Assembly (NCBI GenBank): GCA_902577945.1
Contig: CACHBB010000005.1
Coordinates: 666-64,665, forward strand
Source of the DNA: an uncultured Alphaproteobacteria bacterium
Lineage (GTDB): Bacteria > Pseudomonadota > Alphaproteobacteria > HIMB59 > GCA-002718135
Length of the DNA stretch: 64,000 nt
Direction: 5' to 3'
The notes beneath the pieces are model-generated. The model searched no databases and had not been told where the DNA came from. It saw only the letters and a list, made by a program, of their open reading frames with translations. This document shows, one piece after another, positions 10,272-20,947 of this stretch (position 1 is its first letter; the number at the start of each line of letters is the position of its first letter). Both the position numbers and the translations under genes were made by a program.

Positions 10272-10598
10272 ATGAGTAAATTTGAAGTAGTTTTATTATT
10301 TAGCCCTGAGCTGGGGTCTAAGAATCTTAAAAGTGACATTGATAAATTTAAAGACTACATTAAAGATAATTCAGGTACTATCATCAATGAAGAAGATTGG
10401 GGTCTGAGGGATTTAAGTTATAGTATTAATAAATTCAAGAAAGCGTTTTATAACTTCATTCAAATAGAAATATCTGGAAATTCACTAGATAAGATAAAAA
10501 AAGATCTAAACCAATCAGATAATATACTTAGATATTTGTTTATAAAGGTAGACAAACATCAGGAACTGCCAACCAAATTAAAATATGAAAAAAAATAG
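10272..10598 (+). CDS. rpsF: 30S ribosomal protein S6
   Basis: Size, the WG.R.L.Y.I pattern ([14 protein letters not shown]), and the rpsF-rpsR-rplI operon order. Confidence 0.9.
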   Translation: MSKFEVVLLFSPELGSKNLKSDIDKFKDYIKDNSGTIINEEDWGLRDLSYSINKFKKAFYNFIQIEISGNSLDKIKKDLNQSDNILRYLFIKVDKHQELPTKLKYEKK

Positions 10599-10869
10599 AA
10601 GAAAAAATAGTAATTCCAGCAGAGAAGAAAATAATAACTCACCATTTGAGAATAGAAAACGTTTTTGTCCATTTAGTCTGCCAAATTCGCCCGTAATTGA
10701 CTATAAGGATCTAAAAATGCTTAATCGATACATTACAGAAAAAGGTAAAATTGTACCAAGCAGAATAACAGGTGTATCAACGAAAAGACAAAAAGAACTA
10801 GCTAAAGCAATTAAGAGAGCTCGTTTCTTATCATTAATGTCATACACAAATAAGTATATATCGCAATGA
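10585..10869 (+). CDS. rpsR: 30S ribosomal protein S18, with a basic N-terminal extension
   Basis: [47 protein letters not shown] is a typical S18 core. Overlaps rpsF by 14 nt. Confidence 0.9.
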   Translation: MKKNRRKNSNSSREENNNSPFENRKRFCPFSLPNSPVIDYKDLKMLNRYITEKGKIVPSRITGVSTKRQKELAKAIKRARFLSLMSYTNKYISQ

Positions 10870-11309
10870 AAGTCATACTAACTACAAATATAAAAAAACT
10901 TGGCAAAATTGGTGACCTCGTAAACGTAAAAGATGGATTTGCTAGAAATTTCTTACTTCCAAACAAAATGGCATTAAGAGAAAATAAAAAAAATTTGGAG
11001 TATTACGAAAAAATTAAAGACGAAATGAATCAGAAAGAACAATTAAAACTTAAAGACGCTAATGAATTGATTGAAAATATTTCACGAATTAAAATTATTT
11101 TTCATAAAGAGGCAGATGAAAAAAATCAATTGTATGGATCAATTTCAAAAAAAGAAATTATTGATTTTTTAAATGATAATAATCTAAAGGTAAAATCAGA
11201 CGATCTTATAATTAAAGAGCCAATTAAATCACTTGGTGAACATGAAATCGAGATAAATCCATATATTGAAGTATCAAAAGTTTTCAAAGTTAAAGTAAAT
11301 AAGAATTAA
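10866..11309 (+). CDS. rplI: 50S ribosomal protein L9
   Basis: [36 protein letters not shown] is a typical L9 N-domain. ATGA overlap with rpsR. Confidence 0.9.
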   Translation: MKVILTTNIKKLGKIGDLVNVKDGFARNFLLPNKMALRENKKNLEYYEKIKDEMNQKEQLKLKDANELIENISRIKIIFHKEADEKNQLYGSISKKEIIDFLNDNNLKVKSDDLIIKEPIKSLGEHEIEINPYIEVSKVFKVKVNKN

Positions 11310-11391
11310 TTTATTCACATTATTAATACTTTATTAACCAAATAATTTCCATTGTTATTGTTTCAATTTTTTTTTCCTTTAATGATTTTTT

Positions 11392-12900
11392 ATGGCTTTT
11401 GAATTGATTGATTCAGACAGTAAAAATATTGATAATAATACATATGACAACTTAATAAACTTAGATGCTGAAATTGCACTAATTGGCTGTATTTTATGGG
11501 ATAATAAAAACTATGAGAAAATAGCAGATTTTTTAGATGATACTCACTTTGTTGACAAAAATAATCAGATAATTTTTAGAACAATTAAAAATCTACTTGA
11601 TAAAAATATCTTAGTATCGCCTATTACTTTAAAAAATTATTTACCAAATGATAATGAAAATTTAGATAATACTCATTACTTAAATCAAATTAAGGACAGT
11701 ACACCATCTACTCAAAATACTTATAATTATGCAAAACTTATTTATGATCTTCATATTAAAAGAACTTTAATTGGAATAAGTCATAAGATAATTCAAGATA
11801 CAAATAATAAAAGCGATAGTTTATCAGGTGATATTTTGATCGAAAATGCTGAGAATGAGCTTTATCTGCTATCACAAACTGGAAACGCTGATAGAAATTT
11901 TTTAGATTTTGGAACTGCACTCAAAAGTGCAGTCGATATTATAAGTGAAGCATACAAAAGGGATGGTAAAATTGCAGGAGTTCCAACTGGATTTAAAGAT
12001 TTGGATAATAAACTTGGAGGATTGCACAAATCAGATTTAATAATTATTGCAGGAAGACCTTCAATGGGTAAAACTGCTTTAGGTACTAATATTGCTTTCA
12101 ATTGTGCAAATAAATTTAAAGAACATAAAGACGAATTTGGAAACTTAAAGACTATTGATGGTGGAAAAGTAGCATTTTTTTCATTAGAAATGTCTTCTGA
12201 ACAACTAGCAACAAGAATTTTAGCTGAAAGATCTCGAATATCTGGTGATAAAATGAGAAAGGCTGAATTTTCAAAAGATGATTTTAATAAAATTGCTAAA
12301 ACTTCTGCAGAACTAGAAACATTAAACTTAATTATTGATGATAATCCAATTCTTACTATTCCAACTCTAAGAGCACGTGCTAGAAGATTAAAAAGATTAC
12401 ATAATATCAATCTTATAATCATTGATTATCTTCAGTTAATGTCATCATCTAATTACAACAGGTCTGATGGCAGAGTTCAGGAAATATCAGAAATAACCAG
12501 AGGTTTAAAATCAGTTGCTAAAGAATTAAACATACCAGTTATTGCACTTTCACAATTATCAAGACAAGTAGAGCAAAGAGAAGATAAAAGGCCCCAACTA
12601 TCAGATTTAAGAGAGAGTGGAACAATAGAACAGGATTCAGATGTGGTTATGTTTATTTATAGAGAAAGTTATTATTTAGAGCGTATGGAACCGATAAAGA
12701 AGCCTGAAGAAGATCAAATAAAGTATAATGAGAGAGTTAGTAGATGGCAGGAATTAAATAATGAAAGTTATAATAAAGCTGAAATAATTATAGCAAAACA
12801 AAGACATGGTCCAATTGGATCAATTAAGATGCATTTTGATGCAAATTATACTAAATTCAGTGACTTAACATCAAAAGATTATGATAATATTATTGAGTGA
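11392..12900 (+). CDS. dnaB: Replicative DNA helicase DnaB
   Basis: Walker A GRPSMGKTA, IIDYLQLM, ALSQLSR, LRESGTIEQDSD and AKQRHGP motifs. 502 aa. Confidence 0.95.
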   Translation: MAFELIDSDSKNIDNNTYDNLINLDAEIALIGCILWDNKNYEKIADFLDDTHFVDKNNQIIFRTIKNLLDKNILVSPITLKNYLPNDNENLDNTHYLNQIKDSTPSTQNTYNYAKLIYDLHIKRTLIGISHKIIQDTNNKSDSLSGDILIENAENELYLLSQTGNADRNFLDFGTALKSAVDIISEAYKRDGKIAGVPTGFKDLDNKLGGLHKSDLIIIAGRPSMGKTALGTNIAFNCANKFKEHKDEFGNLKTIDGGKVAFFSLEMSSEQLATRILAERSRISGDKMRKAEFSKDDFNKIAKTSAELETLNLIIDDNPILTIPTLRARARRLKRLHNINLIIIDYLQLMSSSNYNRSDGRVQEISEITRGLKSVAKELNIPVIALSQLSRQVEQREDKRPQLSDLRESGTIEQDSDVVMFIYRESYYLERMEPIKKPEEDQIKYNERVSRWQELNNESYNKAEIIIAKQRHGPIGSIKMHFDANYTKFSDLTSKDYDNIIE

Positions 12901-13955
12901 TAAAAAATAGTTTTATATTAGAAATTAATAAAAAAAATATTATAAAAAATTATTCCTTTTATAGAAAAAGAAAAAAAAAATTATTAGTTGCTCCTACTAT
13001 AAAAGCTAATGCATATGGATTAGGTTATGATGAAATATTTAAATTATTAAAAAGAAATGGCTGTAGGCATTTTTTTGTTGCAACTCTTGAAGAAGGATTA
13101 AAAATTCAAAATCGTGATAAAACTGTTAAAATTTATGTACTAAATGGCATACAAAAAAATAAAATATCATTATTTAAAAAAAATAAACTAATACCAATAA
13201 TTAACAATGTAGAAGATTTAGAATTAATTATTTCAACTAACATAAATTTTGGAGTTCATATTGACACAGGCATTAATAGACTTGGTATAGATTATAAAAA
13301 TGTTCCAAAAGAAATATTTGATAACAAAAATATTTGCCTTGTAATGAGTCACTTAGCAAGTGCAGATGAAATAAAAAACAAATATAATCAAATTCAGAAA
13401 GATAGATTTATAAATATAATAAAAAAATTTAAATCAAAAAAAATAATATTCAGTCTTGCTAATTCTAGTGGTTCAGTATTATCAAAATCATTTTTACTCG
13501 ATATGATACGACCAGGTATTGGATTATATGGAGGTAATAACAGTAATAAATTGTTGAACAAAAAAATAAAACCAGTTATCAAATTGAGCGGTAAAATTAT
13601 TCAAATAAAAACTATAACTAAAAATCAATATATTGGATATAATCAAAAATTTATAACAAATAAGAAAACCAAGATAGCAATAATTGGAATTGGATATGCA
13701 GATGGCATTCCTAGGAGTTTAAGTAACAAAGGCATTGTATATTATAAAAACAATAAATTTAAAATTATTGGAAGAATATCAATGGATAGTTTCACTATAG
13801 ATATAACAAAATCCAAAAATAATTTAAAAGTAGGAATGTTTGTAGATTTAATTAATCATACCTATGGTATTGAACATTTTGCAAAACAGTGCAAAACAAT
13901 AAGCAATGAAGTAATAACGAACATCGGAATAAGAGTTAAAAAAATATATGCATAA
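12897..13955 (+). CDS. alr: Alanine racemase
   Basis: PLP-lysine motif VAPTIKANAYGLG, MSHLASAD, and C-terminal ISMDSFTIDIT. GTG start overlapping the dnaB TGA (GTGA). Confidence 0.85.
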   Translation: MIKNSFILEINKKNIIKNYSFYRKRKKKLLVAPTIKANAYGLGYDEIFKLLKRNGCRHFFVATLEEGLKIQNRDKTVKIYVLNGIQKNKISLFKKNKLIPIINNVEDLELIISTNINFGVHIDTGINRLGIDYKNVPKEIFDNKNICLVMSHLASADEIKNKYNQIQKDRFINIIKKFKSKKIIFSLANSSGSVLSKSFLLDMIRPGIGLYGGNNSNKLLNKKIKPVIKLSGKIIQIKTITKNQYIGYNQKFITNKKTKIAIIGIGYADGIPRSLSNKGIVYYKNNKFKIIGRISMDSFTIDITKSKNNLKVGMFVDLINHTYGIEHFAKQCKTISNEVITNIGIRVKKIYA

Positions 13956-16299
13956 AAATTATCAATTTTTATTAATTTTATTTACCATTTTGATAACAAT
14001 TTTTTCAGCTATTTATGTAAAGGATTTTAGAATAGATGCATCATCAGATACATTAGTAGCAAAAAATGATAAAGATTTTCAGTATTATAAATATTATCAA
14101 AATATATTTCCAACTAAGAATAGCCTAGTAATCGCTGTAGAGTCTGAAAATGAAATTGATTTAAAATTATTAAAAGAAATAGAAATTTTAAGTAAAAAAA
14201 TTTCAAGCATAAATGAAGTAGCATCAGTTTTTAATATTAACAAAGCTCCAATACTTTTTTTAAATGATACTACTCTATTGGATCTTTCAAACAATAGATT
14301 TGATACAATTTTAAATTCTAAATATGAAATAAAAAATGTATTAGATGAATTTTCAAAAAGTCCAATTTATAGCAATCAAATTATTAATGATAAAAAAAAT
14401 ATAACAGGATTAGTTATATTTCTAAAACCAAACTTAAAAGTTAAAGATCTTCAAGAAAATAAAAGTGATTATATTACAGAAAAAATTTATTATAAAATAA
14501 AATCAGAGATTGATAAAGAAAGAAATAATCTCATTAAAAAAGTTAGAAATATTATTAAAGATGGAAGTAATGATTATAAATATTATCTAGGTGGAGTTGA
14601 AATGATATCCAACGATGTAATTTCGTTTGTTAAAGATGATATTATAAATTTTAGTTTATTAGTAATTTTGCTTGTTTTAATCATTTTATTTTTAATATTT
14701 AGAAAATTTAAATGGGTATTTTCAATTTTAATTTCCTCATCTTTAGCTGTATTTATTATGATTGGTATAAGCGGTTTTTTCAACTTTGAGATTACAGCAG
14801 TTTCAGCAAATTTTATTTCATTAATGTTTATTTTATCAATTTCTATGAATATTCATATTTTAAATAATTTTTTAAATAATAATAATAATTTATTTCAATG
14901 TCTTAAAATTATGATTTGGCCATGCTTTTATACTTTTTTAACAACTGTTGTTGCTTTTTTATCGTTAATAATATCAGACATCAAACCAGTAATAGATTTT
15001 GGTTATATTATGATTATTGCATTAAGCATTATATTATTAACATCTTTTACTATTTTACCATTATTTATATCCTTTTTTACTAAAGAAAAATCCAAATTAA
15101 AAATTAATTTAAACTTATTAAAAAATATTTTCTTTTACACCAATAAATATAATAAATTTATTATTATAATAAATTTTATATTTTTTTTAATATCGATTTA
15201 TGGAGTGACTAAATTAAATGTAGAAAACTCTTTTATTAAGTATTTTAAAAATAATACAGAAATTTATAAAGGGATGAGATTAATAGACAAAGAGTTGGGA
15301 GGGACGACTCCATTAGATATTATTTTAAAATTTAATGATGAAAATATTATTTCAAATAATACTACTAATGATGATGACGAATTAGAACTTGAAATAGAAG
15401 ACGACGTATTTTCAGAAGATATATTCTCAAATAACAACGATGGTTGGTTTACAAACGATAAAATTAATACAATAAAAAAAATACATCAATATTTAGAGAA
15501 TAGAGAAGAAATCGGAAAAGTAAATTCTTTATACTCACTTATTAATATTGCTAATAAAATAAATAAAGATGAACTATCATCTTTTGAACTAACAGTTTTA
15601 TATAATGAAATACCTGAAAATTATAAAATAGATTTAATTGACCCATATTTAAATATTGATGAAAATATGGTTAAAATTTCTGCAAGAATTAAAGACTCTG
15701 AAGATATTAAAAGAGTTAAATTAGTTAAAGAAATTAATAATTTTATTCAAAATTCTAATGAAAATATTGATGAAATAAAAATTAATGGATTATTAGTTTT
15801 ATATAACAATATGATTACTTCATTATTTGATTCACAAATTAAATCTCTAGGATTTGTTCTTTTATCAATTTTTGTAATGTTTATAATTCTATTTAAATCT
15901 ATAAATTTAAGTATAGTTGGTATGATTCCAAATATATTTGCCTCAAGTTATATCTTAGGTCTAATTGGAATTATTGGTATTCCTTTAGATATAATGACAA
16001 TAACAATTGCAGCTATATCAATAGGCATTGCAGTTGATAACACCATTCACTATTTATATCACTATAAGTTTAATAGAAGCAAATCTGCTAATAATCTTGA
16101 AGCTATGCTAGATTCACATACAACTGTTGGCAAAGCAGTTTTAACTACGTCAATAGCAATTTCTTTAGGATTTTTAGTTCTGTGTTTTTCCAACTTTATT
16201 CCAACAATTATATTTGGATTGTTCACTAGTTTAGCTATGATATTTGCAATGATTGGAGTATTAATTACATTACCATCAATTTTATATTATTTAAAATGA
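13948..16299 (+). CDS. RND-superfamily exporter, MMPL/HpnN-like (two 6-TM bundles with periplasmic loops); substrate unknown
   Basis: 783 aa. One N-terminal TM, a soluble loop, then a 5-TM cluster, repeated twice (the 1+5/1+5 RND topology). Sterol-sensing-like TM block. Acidic low-complexity loop DDDELELEIEDD. Confidence 0.65.
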   Translation: MHKNYQFLLILFTILITIFSAIYVKDFRIDASSDTLVAKNDKDFQYYKYYQNIFPTKNSLVIAVESENEIDLKLLKEIEILSKKISSINEVASVFNINKAPILFLNDTTLLDLSNNRFDTILNSKYEIKNVLDEFSKSPIYSNQIINDKKNITGLVIFLKPNLKVKDLQENKSDYITEKIYYKIKSEIDKERNNLIKKVRNIIKDGSNDYKYYLGGVEMISNDVISFVKDDIINFSLLVILLVLIILFLIFRKFKWVFSILISSSLAVFIMIGISGFFNFEITAVSANFISLMFILSISMNIHILNNFLNNNNNLFQCLKIMIWPCFYTFLTTVVAFLSLIISDIKPVIDFGYIMIIALSIILLTSFTILPLFISFFTKEKSKLKINLNLLKNIFFYTNKYNKFIIIINFIFFLISIYGVTKLNVENSFIKYFKNNTEIYKGMRLIDKELGGTTPLDIILKFNDENIISNNTTNDDDELELEIEDDVFSEDIFSNNNDGWFTNDKINTIKKIHQYLENREEIGKVNSLYSLINIANKINKDELSSFELTVLYNEIPENYKIDLIDPYLNIDENMVKISARIKDSEDIKRVKLVKEINNFIQNSNENIDEIKINGLLVLYNNMITSLFDSQIKSLGFVLLSIFVMFIILFKSINLSIVGMIPNIFASSYILGLIGIIGIPLDIMTITIAAISIGIAVDNTIHYLYHYKFNRSKSANNLEAMLDSHTTVGKAVLTTSIAISLGFLVLCFSNFIPTIIFGLFTSLAMIFAMIGVLITLPSILYYLK

Positions 16300-16844
16300 A
16301 CTTTAGTTTAATTGATCTTTTATTTTTTGATTATGTAGTTTTATTACTATCATTAATAATTATAATATTTAGCTTTTGGAAAGGTTTTATAAATTCAGTT
16401 CTAGGATTACTAACATGGGTTGGGTCTGTTTTTATTACAATTTATACATATGAATATCTTTCCGGATACTTAAATAGCCTACTTATAAGCACTAATTTAC
16501 TCTCAGGTTTTGATCAATTCGTTTCTGTTTTAAGTTTAGTAATTTCAATTCCATTAATATTTATTTTAAGTTTATTTATTTTGAAGAGAATAAGAAAAAT
16601 TTTGAATAGTGATCTTGATAAACAAGTTTTTGGCATAATTTTAGATAAATTTTTTGGTTTAATTTATGGAGTCATATTTTCATATGTAATTTTTAGCACT
16701 TTATTATATTTTATAAATGATAATAGAATTGCATTAGTTACTAATACTAATATTTTTTTAGTTGAAAATTCTAATATTTTAAAACAAATATCTCAATATA
16801 ATGATAATTTAATTTCAATTTATATCGAAAATAATAATAACTAA
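16296..16844 (+). CDS. cvpA: CvpA-family membrane protein (colicin V production protein-like)
   Basis: About 180 aa with 4 predicted TMs. N-terminus has the CvpA-like F.W.GF..S.L pattern (FSFWKGFINSVLGLLTWVGS). Confidence 0.6.
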   Translation: MNFSLIDLLFFDYVVLLLSLIIIIFSFWKGFINSVLGLLTWVGSVFITIYTYEYLSGYLNSLLISTNLLSGFDQFVSVLSLVISIPLIFILSLFILKRIRKILNSDLDKQVFGIILDKFFGLIYGVIFSYVIFSTLLYFINDNRIALVTNTNIFLVENSNILKQISQYNDNLISIYIENNNN

Positions 16845-18133
16845 TTAAAAGGATTAGATGATTTTGAGAAAATTATTTTTATGTTTTTGCTTTTAATTTT
16901 AAAATATTCATAAAATGAATTTATTAAAAATCTTTTATACTGTGTAGAAATTTCTTTAGAAAAATTTGAAAAAATTTTAAGCGTAAGAGGATTTGTTAGT
17001 ATTTGAGTAGCATATTTAAATTTCACTTCCTTGCCTTTTATTCTGGAATGTGGTTTTTGATTAGTTGTTAATTTAAGCCATTTATTAATGTTAGATGTTG
17101 AAAATTGTTTATTTACCTTGAATGTAACATTATGAATATAATTTTTAAGAGATGTGATATCTCTTTTGTTTAATGAAGATAATGTTAATATTATAAAATT
17201 TTTTGATTGTGAAAATTCTGCTTTAATATCATCTTGAAGTTTAGATAATATTTTTTTTTTATTAGCATTAATTAAATCTATTTTATTTATGATAAAAATT
17301 AATATATTCGATTTTTCTGATATTAAATTAAAAATTTTCTTTGATTGATTATCAAAACCTTGCTCTACATCAATCATAAAAAGATTAACATCAGGCTCTT
17401 TAATAATTGATAATGTTTTTTTAGTTGCATAATAATCTAGACTTTCTTTATCAATTTTATTTTTTTTTATTAATCCAGCAGTATCCTTTATAGAATATGA
17501 ATTGCCCTTAAATGTATATGATGATGTAACTATATCAGTAGTGGTTTTTGGAGTATTACTAACCAATGACCTATTATACCCAACTAATTGATTGAGTAAT
17601 GTGCTTTTTCCAACATTTGTTTTCCCGAATAATCCTATGGAATAATCTTCTTTTTGAATTTGTTTTTTTTTGACCAAATTTTTTTCCAAATTATCTAAAA
17701 GGTTATCAATACCCAATTTATGTGAACAAGAGATGTAATAATGATTGTTTAGGCCAAAAGTATTTAAATCTTTATCTTGATTAAAATTATCATCTTTATT
17801 TATTATTAATATAATTTCTTTATTATACTTTCTAATAAAATTAATAATTTCTTTGTCTAAGACATAATTACTACTTTTATAATCAATTAAATATAAGAAT
17901 ATATCTATTTTATTAATTAAATTTTCAAATTTATTATCAAATATTTTTTTATTAATTTTATCTATACCTGGAGTATCATAGATATTAATATTTAAATTAT
18001 TCTTAAATTGAGAATGATGCCAGTCTCTAGTAGTGCCAATAGACTTATGTATAATATTATTTTTATCCGCTGATATAATATTAAACAGAGAAGATTTGCC
18101 GACATTTGGCTTTCCTATAATTAGAAAATTCAT
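16841..18133 (-). CDS. der: Ribosome-associated GTPase Der/EngA
   Basis: Two tandem GTPase domains (GKPNVGKSS...DTPG...NKDD; GKTNVGKST...DTAG...NKID) plus a KH-like C-terminus. Confidence 0.9.
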   Translation of the reverse strand: MNFLIIGKPNVGKSSLFNIISADKNNIIHKSIGTTRDWHHSQFKNNLNINIYDTPGIDKINKKIFDNKFENLINKIDIFLYLIDYKSSNYVLDKEIINFIRKYNKEIILIINKDDNFNQDKDLNTFGLNNHYYISCSHKLGIDNLLDNLEKNLVKKKQIQKEDYSIGLFGKTNVGKSTLLNQLVGYNRSLVSNTPKTTTDIVTSSYTFKGNSYSIKDTAGLIKKNKIDKESLDYYATKKTLSIIKEPDVNLFMIDVEQGFDNQSKKIFNLISEKSNILIFIINKIDLINANKKKILSKLQDDIKAEFSQSKNFIILTLSSLNKRDITSLKNYIHNVTFKVNKQFSTSNINKWLKLTTNQKPHSRIKGKEVKFKYATQILTNPLTLKIFSNFSKEISTQYKRFLINSFYEYFKIKSKNIKIIFSKSSNPFN

Positions 18134-19384
18134 TTAATATATATATGTAAAACCCTTATTACTTAAAATAAAAATTTTATCTTGATAGCTATAAATTTTA
18201 GAAATATTTTTAATTTTTAATTCTATTTTTTTATCAATTTCATATTTATTATTTAATATTAATACCTCGCCTTCGTTAGTAAATAAGTGAAGATAGTTAT
18301 TAATGTTTAGGACTTTTATGATCTTAGAGTCATTTTTTAAAATTTTATCAATGTTTATTTCTAAAAATATTTTACCAGTATTTATATTATAAAAATTAAT
18401 ATTCTTTTCATTTCTATCTATTAAAGAGTTATTAAAAAAAATGGGGGAATTTAGATCATTAATTATATAATTAGATAATATAAATTCATTTTTTTTAAGA
18501 TCATAAGAATTAAGGATACTTTTATTATCTAAGTATAATAAAATATTTTTATAAACATAAATTTTATCATTTAAATTATTTAAAGAGGTTTTTAGATTTA
18601 AATTACTTAATTCACTGTAATGTTCGTCAAATAAAAATACATCAATTACGTTAAATTCACTATTAGGAAGTATAAAGAATATTAAATTAAAATAATCAAC
18701 AATCTTACCACCACTAGATTGAATGATGTTACTCGATTTATATTTTTTTTCAAATATCACTTTCCCAGTTTTAGATGATAAAATTACAATATTTTCAGAA
18801 TACAATATAAGAATATTATCATTCAAATGTTTGATAGGCGTATTTAGTAAATTATTTTTTTTAAATGTCCATTTTATATCGCCAGTTTTATTAACTCTGA
18901 TAACTTCACCAGATTTAAATCCAATTATAAAATCATTATCAATTAACGAAAATGAAACCGGTATTTTGTTTTTAATTTTTTGATTAATTTTATATTTTTC
19001 TACCTGCTTACCATTTTCATTATTAAATTTTACAAGACTCCCATTAAGATTAACGGAATATATGAAGGAATCATTGTAGATTACATTAATAGGTAAATTA
19101 GATTTTACTTTACCTTGATAACTATTAACACGTAAATTAATTAATTTTTTATTATAGAAATCATAATTTGCATTTTGATAAGAATAAAAATCAATATAAT
19201 TATTTTTTGTTTTTTGATTAATTTTAGTATCTAATAAGTTTTCTACTTCTGGTGAACTTTCTTTAATATTATTATTTTGGGTTTCTTTTTCAGTGTCTTT
19301 CAATAAAGAAATATTATCCTGACAACAAAGAATAAATAGAGAGGCAAAAATAAGTAAAAATTTATTTAAATAAGTGAAATTCAT
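18134..19384 (-). CDS. bamB: Outer-membrane assembly lipoprotein BamB-like (divergent beta-propeller)
   Basis: Lipobox LFILC at the N-terminus. Repetitive beta-strand-like composition. Conserved yfgM-bamB-der synteny. Sequence is too divergent for motif-level certainty. Confidence 0.55.
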   Translation of the reverse strand: MNFTYLNKFLLIFASLFILCCQDNISLLKDTEKETQNNNIKESSPEVENLLDTKINQKTKNNYIDFYSYQNANYDFYNKKLINLRVNSYQGKVKSNLPINVIYNDSFIYSVNLNGSLVKFNNENGKQVEKYKINQKIKNKIPVSFSLIDNDFIIGFKSGEVIRVNKTGDIKWTFKKNNLLNTPIKHLNDNILILYSENIVILSSKTGKVIFEKKYKSSNIIQSSGGKIVDYFNLIFFILPNSEFNVIDVFLFDEHYSELSNLNLKTSLNNLNDKIYVYKNILLYLDNKSILNSYDLKKNEFILSNYIINDLNSPIFFNNSLIDRNEKNINFYNINTGKIFLEINIDKILKNDSKIIKVLNINNYLHLFTNEGEVLILNNKYEIDKKIELKIKNISKIYSYQDKIFILSNKGFTYIY

Positions 19385-20030
19385 GTATTTTTTTCACTCT
19401 TTCTTTTACTGAAGATGAAATTAATTCTGAATCATTTATTTCATTGTACAGCTCAAGAGCTCTTATATTATTTTTATAATTTATATTATCAAGATCTAGC
19501 TCAGTAATAAATAGTAAGTACTCTAACTCTTTTTTTATTGATAAGTAATTTTCTAAATCATCATCAATATTATTAATAAAAAATTCAATATCATTCAAAT
19601 AGGTCTTTGTATTTGTATCATATGAAGCATCAATTAAAGTAAAACTAGCATGTATAGCAATAGAAGATTTATAAAGCTTATTATTTAAATTGGATTGTAT
19701 TAAATCTTTATACAGCTGAGAAGATGTTTGATAATTTTTTTCAAAGTTACTTTGTTGAATTAATTTTAGATTTGATAAAGTTGAATAAATATTTCTATTC
19801 TTACTTAATAATTGATAATTTTGATCAAATATATTCTTGCTTTCATCAATTGAATTGAAAAAAATAATACTTGTTTTTTTTAAATCCCTTATAGTTAAAT
19901 AATTATAAGTTTGAATTGATATAAAAATAATAATTAAGAAGCTCATGCCAATTACAATATTTCTTAAATTGCTAGATAAAAAAAGTTGAATTTTTTTAAA
20001 TATATTGTTTTGAATATTATTCTGATTCAT
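19362..20030 (-). CDS. YfgM-like membrane-anchored TPR-like protein
   Basis: N-terminal TM helix (VIGMSFLIIIFISIQTY) followed by a helical soluble domain. Positioned upstream of bamB-der as yfgM is in E. coli. The ATG at 20030 lies just after the upstream stop; the ORF-track extension to 20093 was rejected. Confidence 0.45.
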   Translation of the reverse strand: MNQNNIQNNIFKKIQLFLSSNLRNIVIGMSFLIIIFISIQTYNYLTIRDLKKTSIIFFNSIDESKNIFDQNYQLLSKNRNIYSTLSNLKLIQQSNFEKNYQTSSQLYKDLIQSNLNNKLYKSSIAIHASFTLIDASYDTNTKTYLNDIEFFINNIDDDLENYLSIKKELEYLLFITELDLDNINYKNNIRALELYNEINDSELISSSVKERVKKIHEFHLFK

Positions 20031-20031
20031 T

Positions 20032-20583
20032 TTATTTCCACTTAATAGAACACCCAATACTATTATATTGTTCATTAGGCCCTGTACCCTCATCCTTAAT
20101 TTTAATCATAGCATTGTATAATTCTCTATTAATTTTTTTTGTATCGATATTTTCCATTGTTCCAGAATCTATTCTACCTCTGTATTTTAATTTTAAATTT
20201 TTATCAAAACCAAAAAAATCTGGTGTGCATACTGCTCCATATTTTTTTGCTATTTCTTGAGTATCATCATATAAATATGGAAAATTGAATCCAAATTTTT
20301 CTGAAAATTTTATCATGTTATCAAATGAATCCTCAGGATAATTTTCTACGTCATTTGACATAACTGCAATAGTTGCAATTGAATGTTGTAATAATTCATC
20401 TGCTTCATTTTTTAAACGTTTAGCAATAGCTTTTACATATGGACAGTGATTGCAAATGAAAACAATTACTGTACCATTTGTACCCTTAGCTTTATCCAGT
20501 GATACCATTTTGTTATCAATGTTTGTAAGATTGAAATGCGGAGCAATCCAATTTAATTCATTATTCGGGGCATTTACAGGCAT
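20032..20583 (-). CDS. Thioredoxin-fold protein (AhpC/TSA-like redoxin) with a CxxC motif
   Basis: VIVFICNHCPYV (C-N-H-C) in a thioredoxin-like context. About 183 aa. Confidence 0.7.
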   Translation of the reverse strand: MPVNAPNNELNWIAPHFNLTNIDNKMVSLDKAKGTNGTVIVFICNHCPYVKAIAKRLKNEADELLQHSIATIAVMSNDVENYPEDSFDNMIKFSEKFGFNFPYLYDDTQEIAKKYGAVCTPDFFGFDKNLKLKYRGRIDSGTMENIDTKKINRELYNAMIKIKDEGTGPNEQYNSIGCSIKWK

Positions 20584-20607
20584 ATTATTTTATAGTAATA
20601 TTAATAT

Positions 20608-20937
20608 GTGAGTCTAGTACCATCTACTTCAATTTCAAACAATCACAAATTATATTTTTCGAAAAATGAACTATCAAAAATTCTTAATTTATATTCTTTA
20701 GGTGTTTCAAATGGAAGTTGGAAAGATTATTCAATATTATTTGCAAAAAATGAAGCAAATTTCTATATTTATAAACACACATTAGCAAGTCCTGAATGGA
20801 TTTTAAATAAATTTTTAGAAAAAAAAAGAAAGAAAATATTCTATAAACTTATTAATAAAAATTATAATAATAAATTTGATAATCTTGATAATTTGATCAG
20901 AATTCTTTTTAGAAAAAATATTTATTTAACAAATTAA
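20608..20937 (+). CDS. Small conserved alphaproteobacterial protein (DUF2794-like)
   Basis: ELSKILNLYSLGVSNGSWKDYSI resembles the EL..IL..Y...V..GEWRDYAI core I associate with DUF2794. GTG start. The family assignment is from memory only. Confidence 0.45.
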   Translation: MSLVPSTSISNNHKLYFSKNELSKILNLYSLGVSNGSWKDYSILFAKNEANFYIYKHTLASPEWILNKFLEKKRKKIFYKLINKNYNNKFDNLDNLIRILFRKNIYLTN

Positions 20938-20947
20938 ATTAATTTAT

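Noticed and set aside
11862-12422. 186-aa ORF antisense to dnaB
   Set aside because: It lies entirely within the most conserved part of dnaB on the opposite strand. It is rich in Leu/Ser/Ile/Ala, as expected for a shadow frame of a conserved gene. It has no motifs and no independent start context.
12971-12980. A10 homopolymer inside alr (KKKK), considered as a possible slippage or phase-variation site
   Set aside because: Long A/T runs are frequent in this composition and the reading frame is intact. There is no evidence of a contingency locus.
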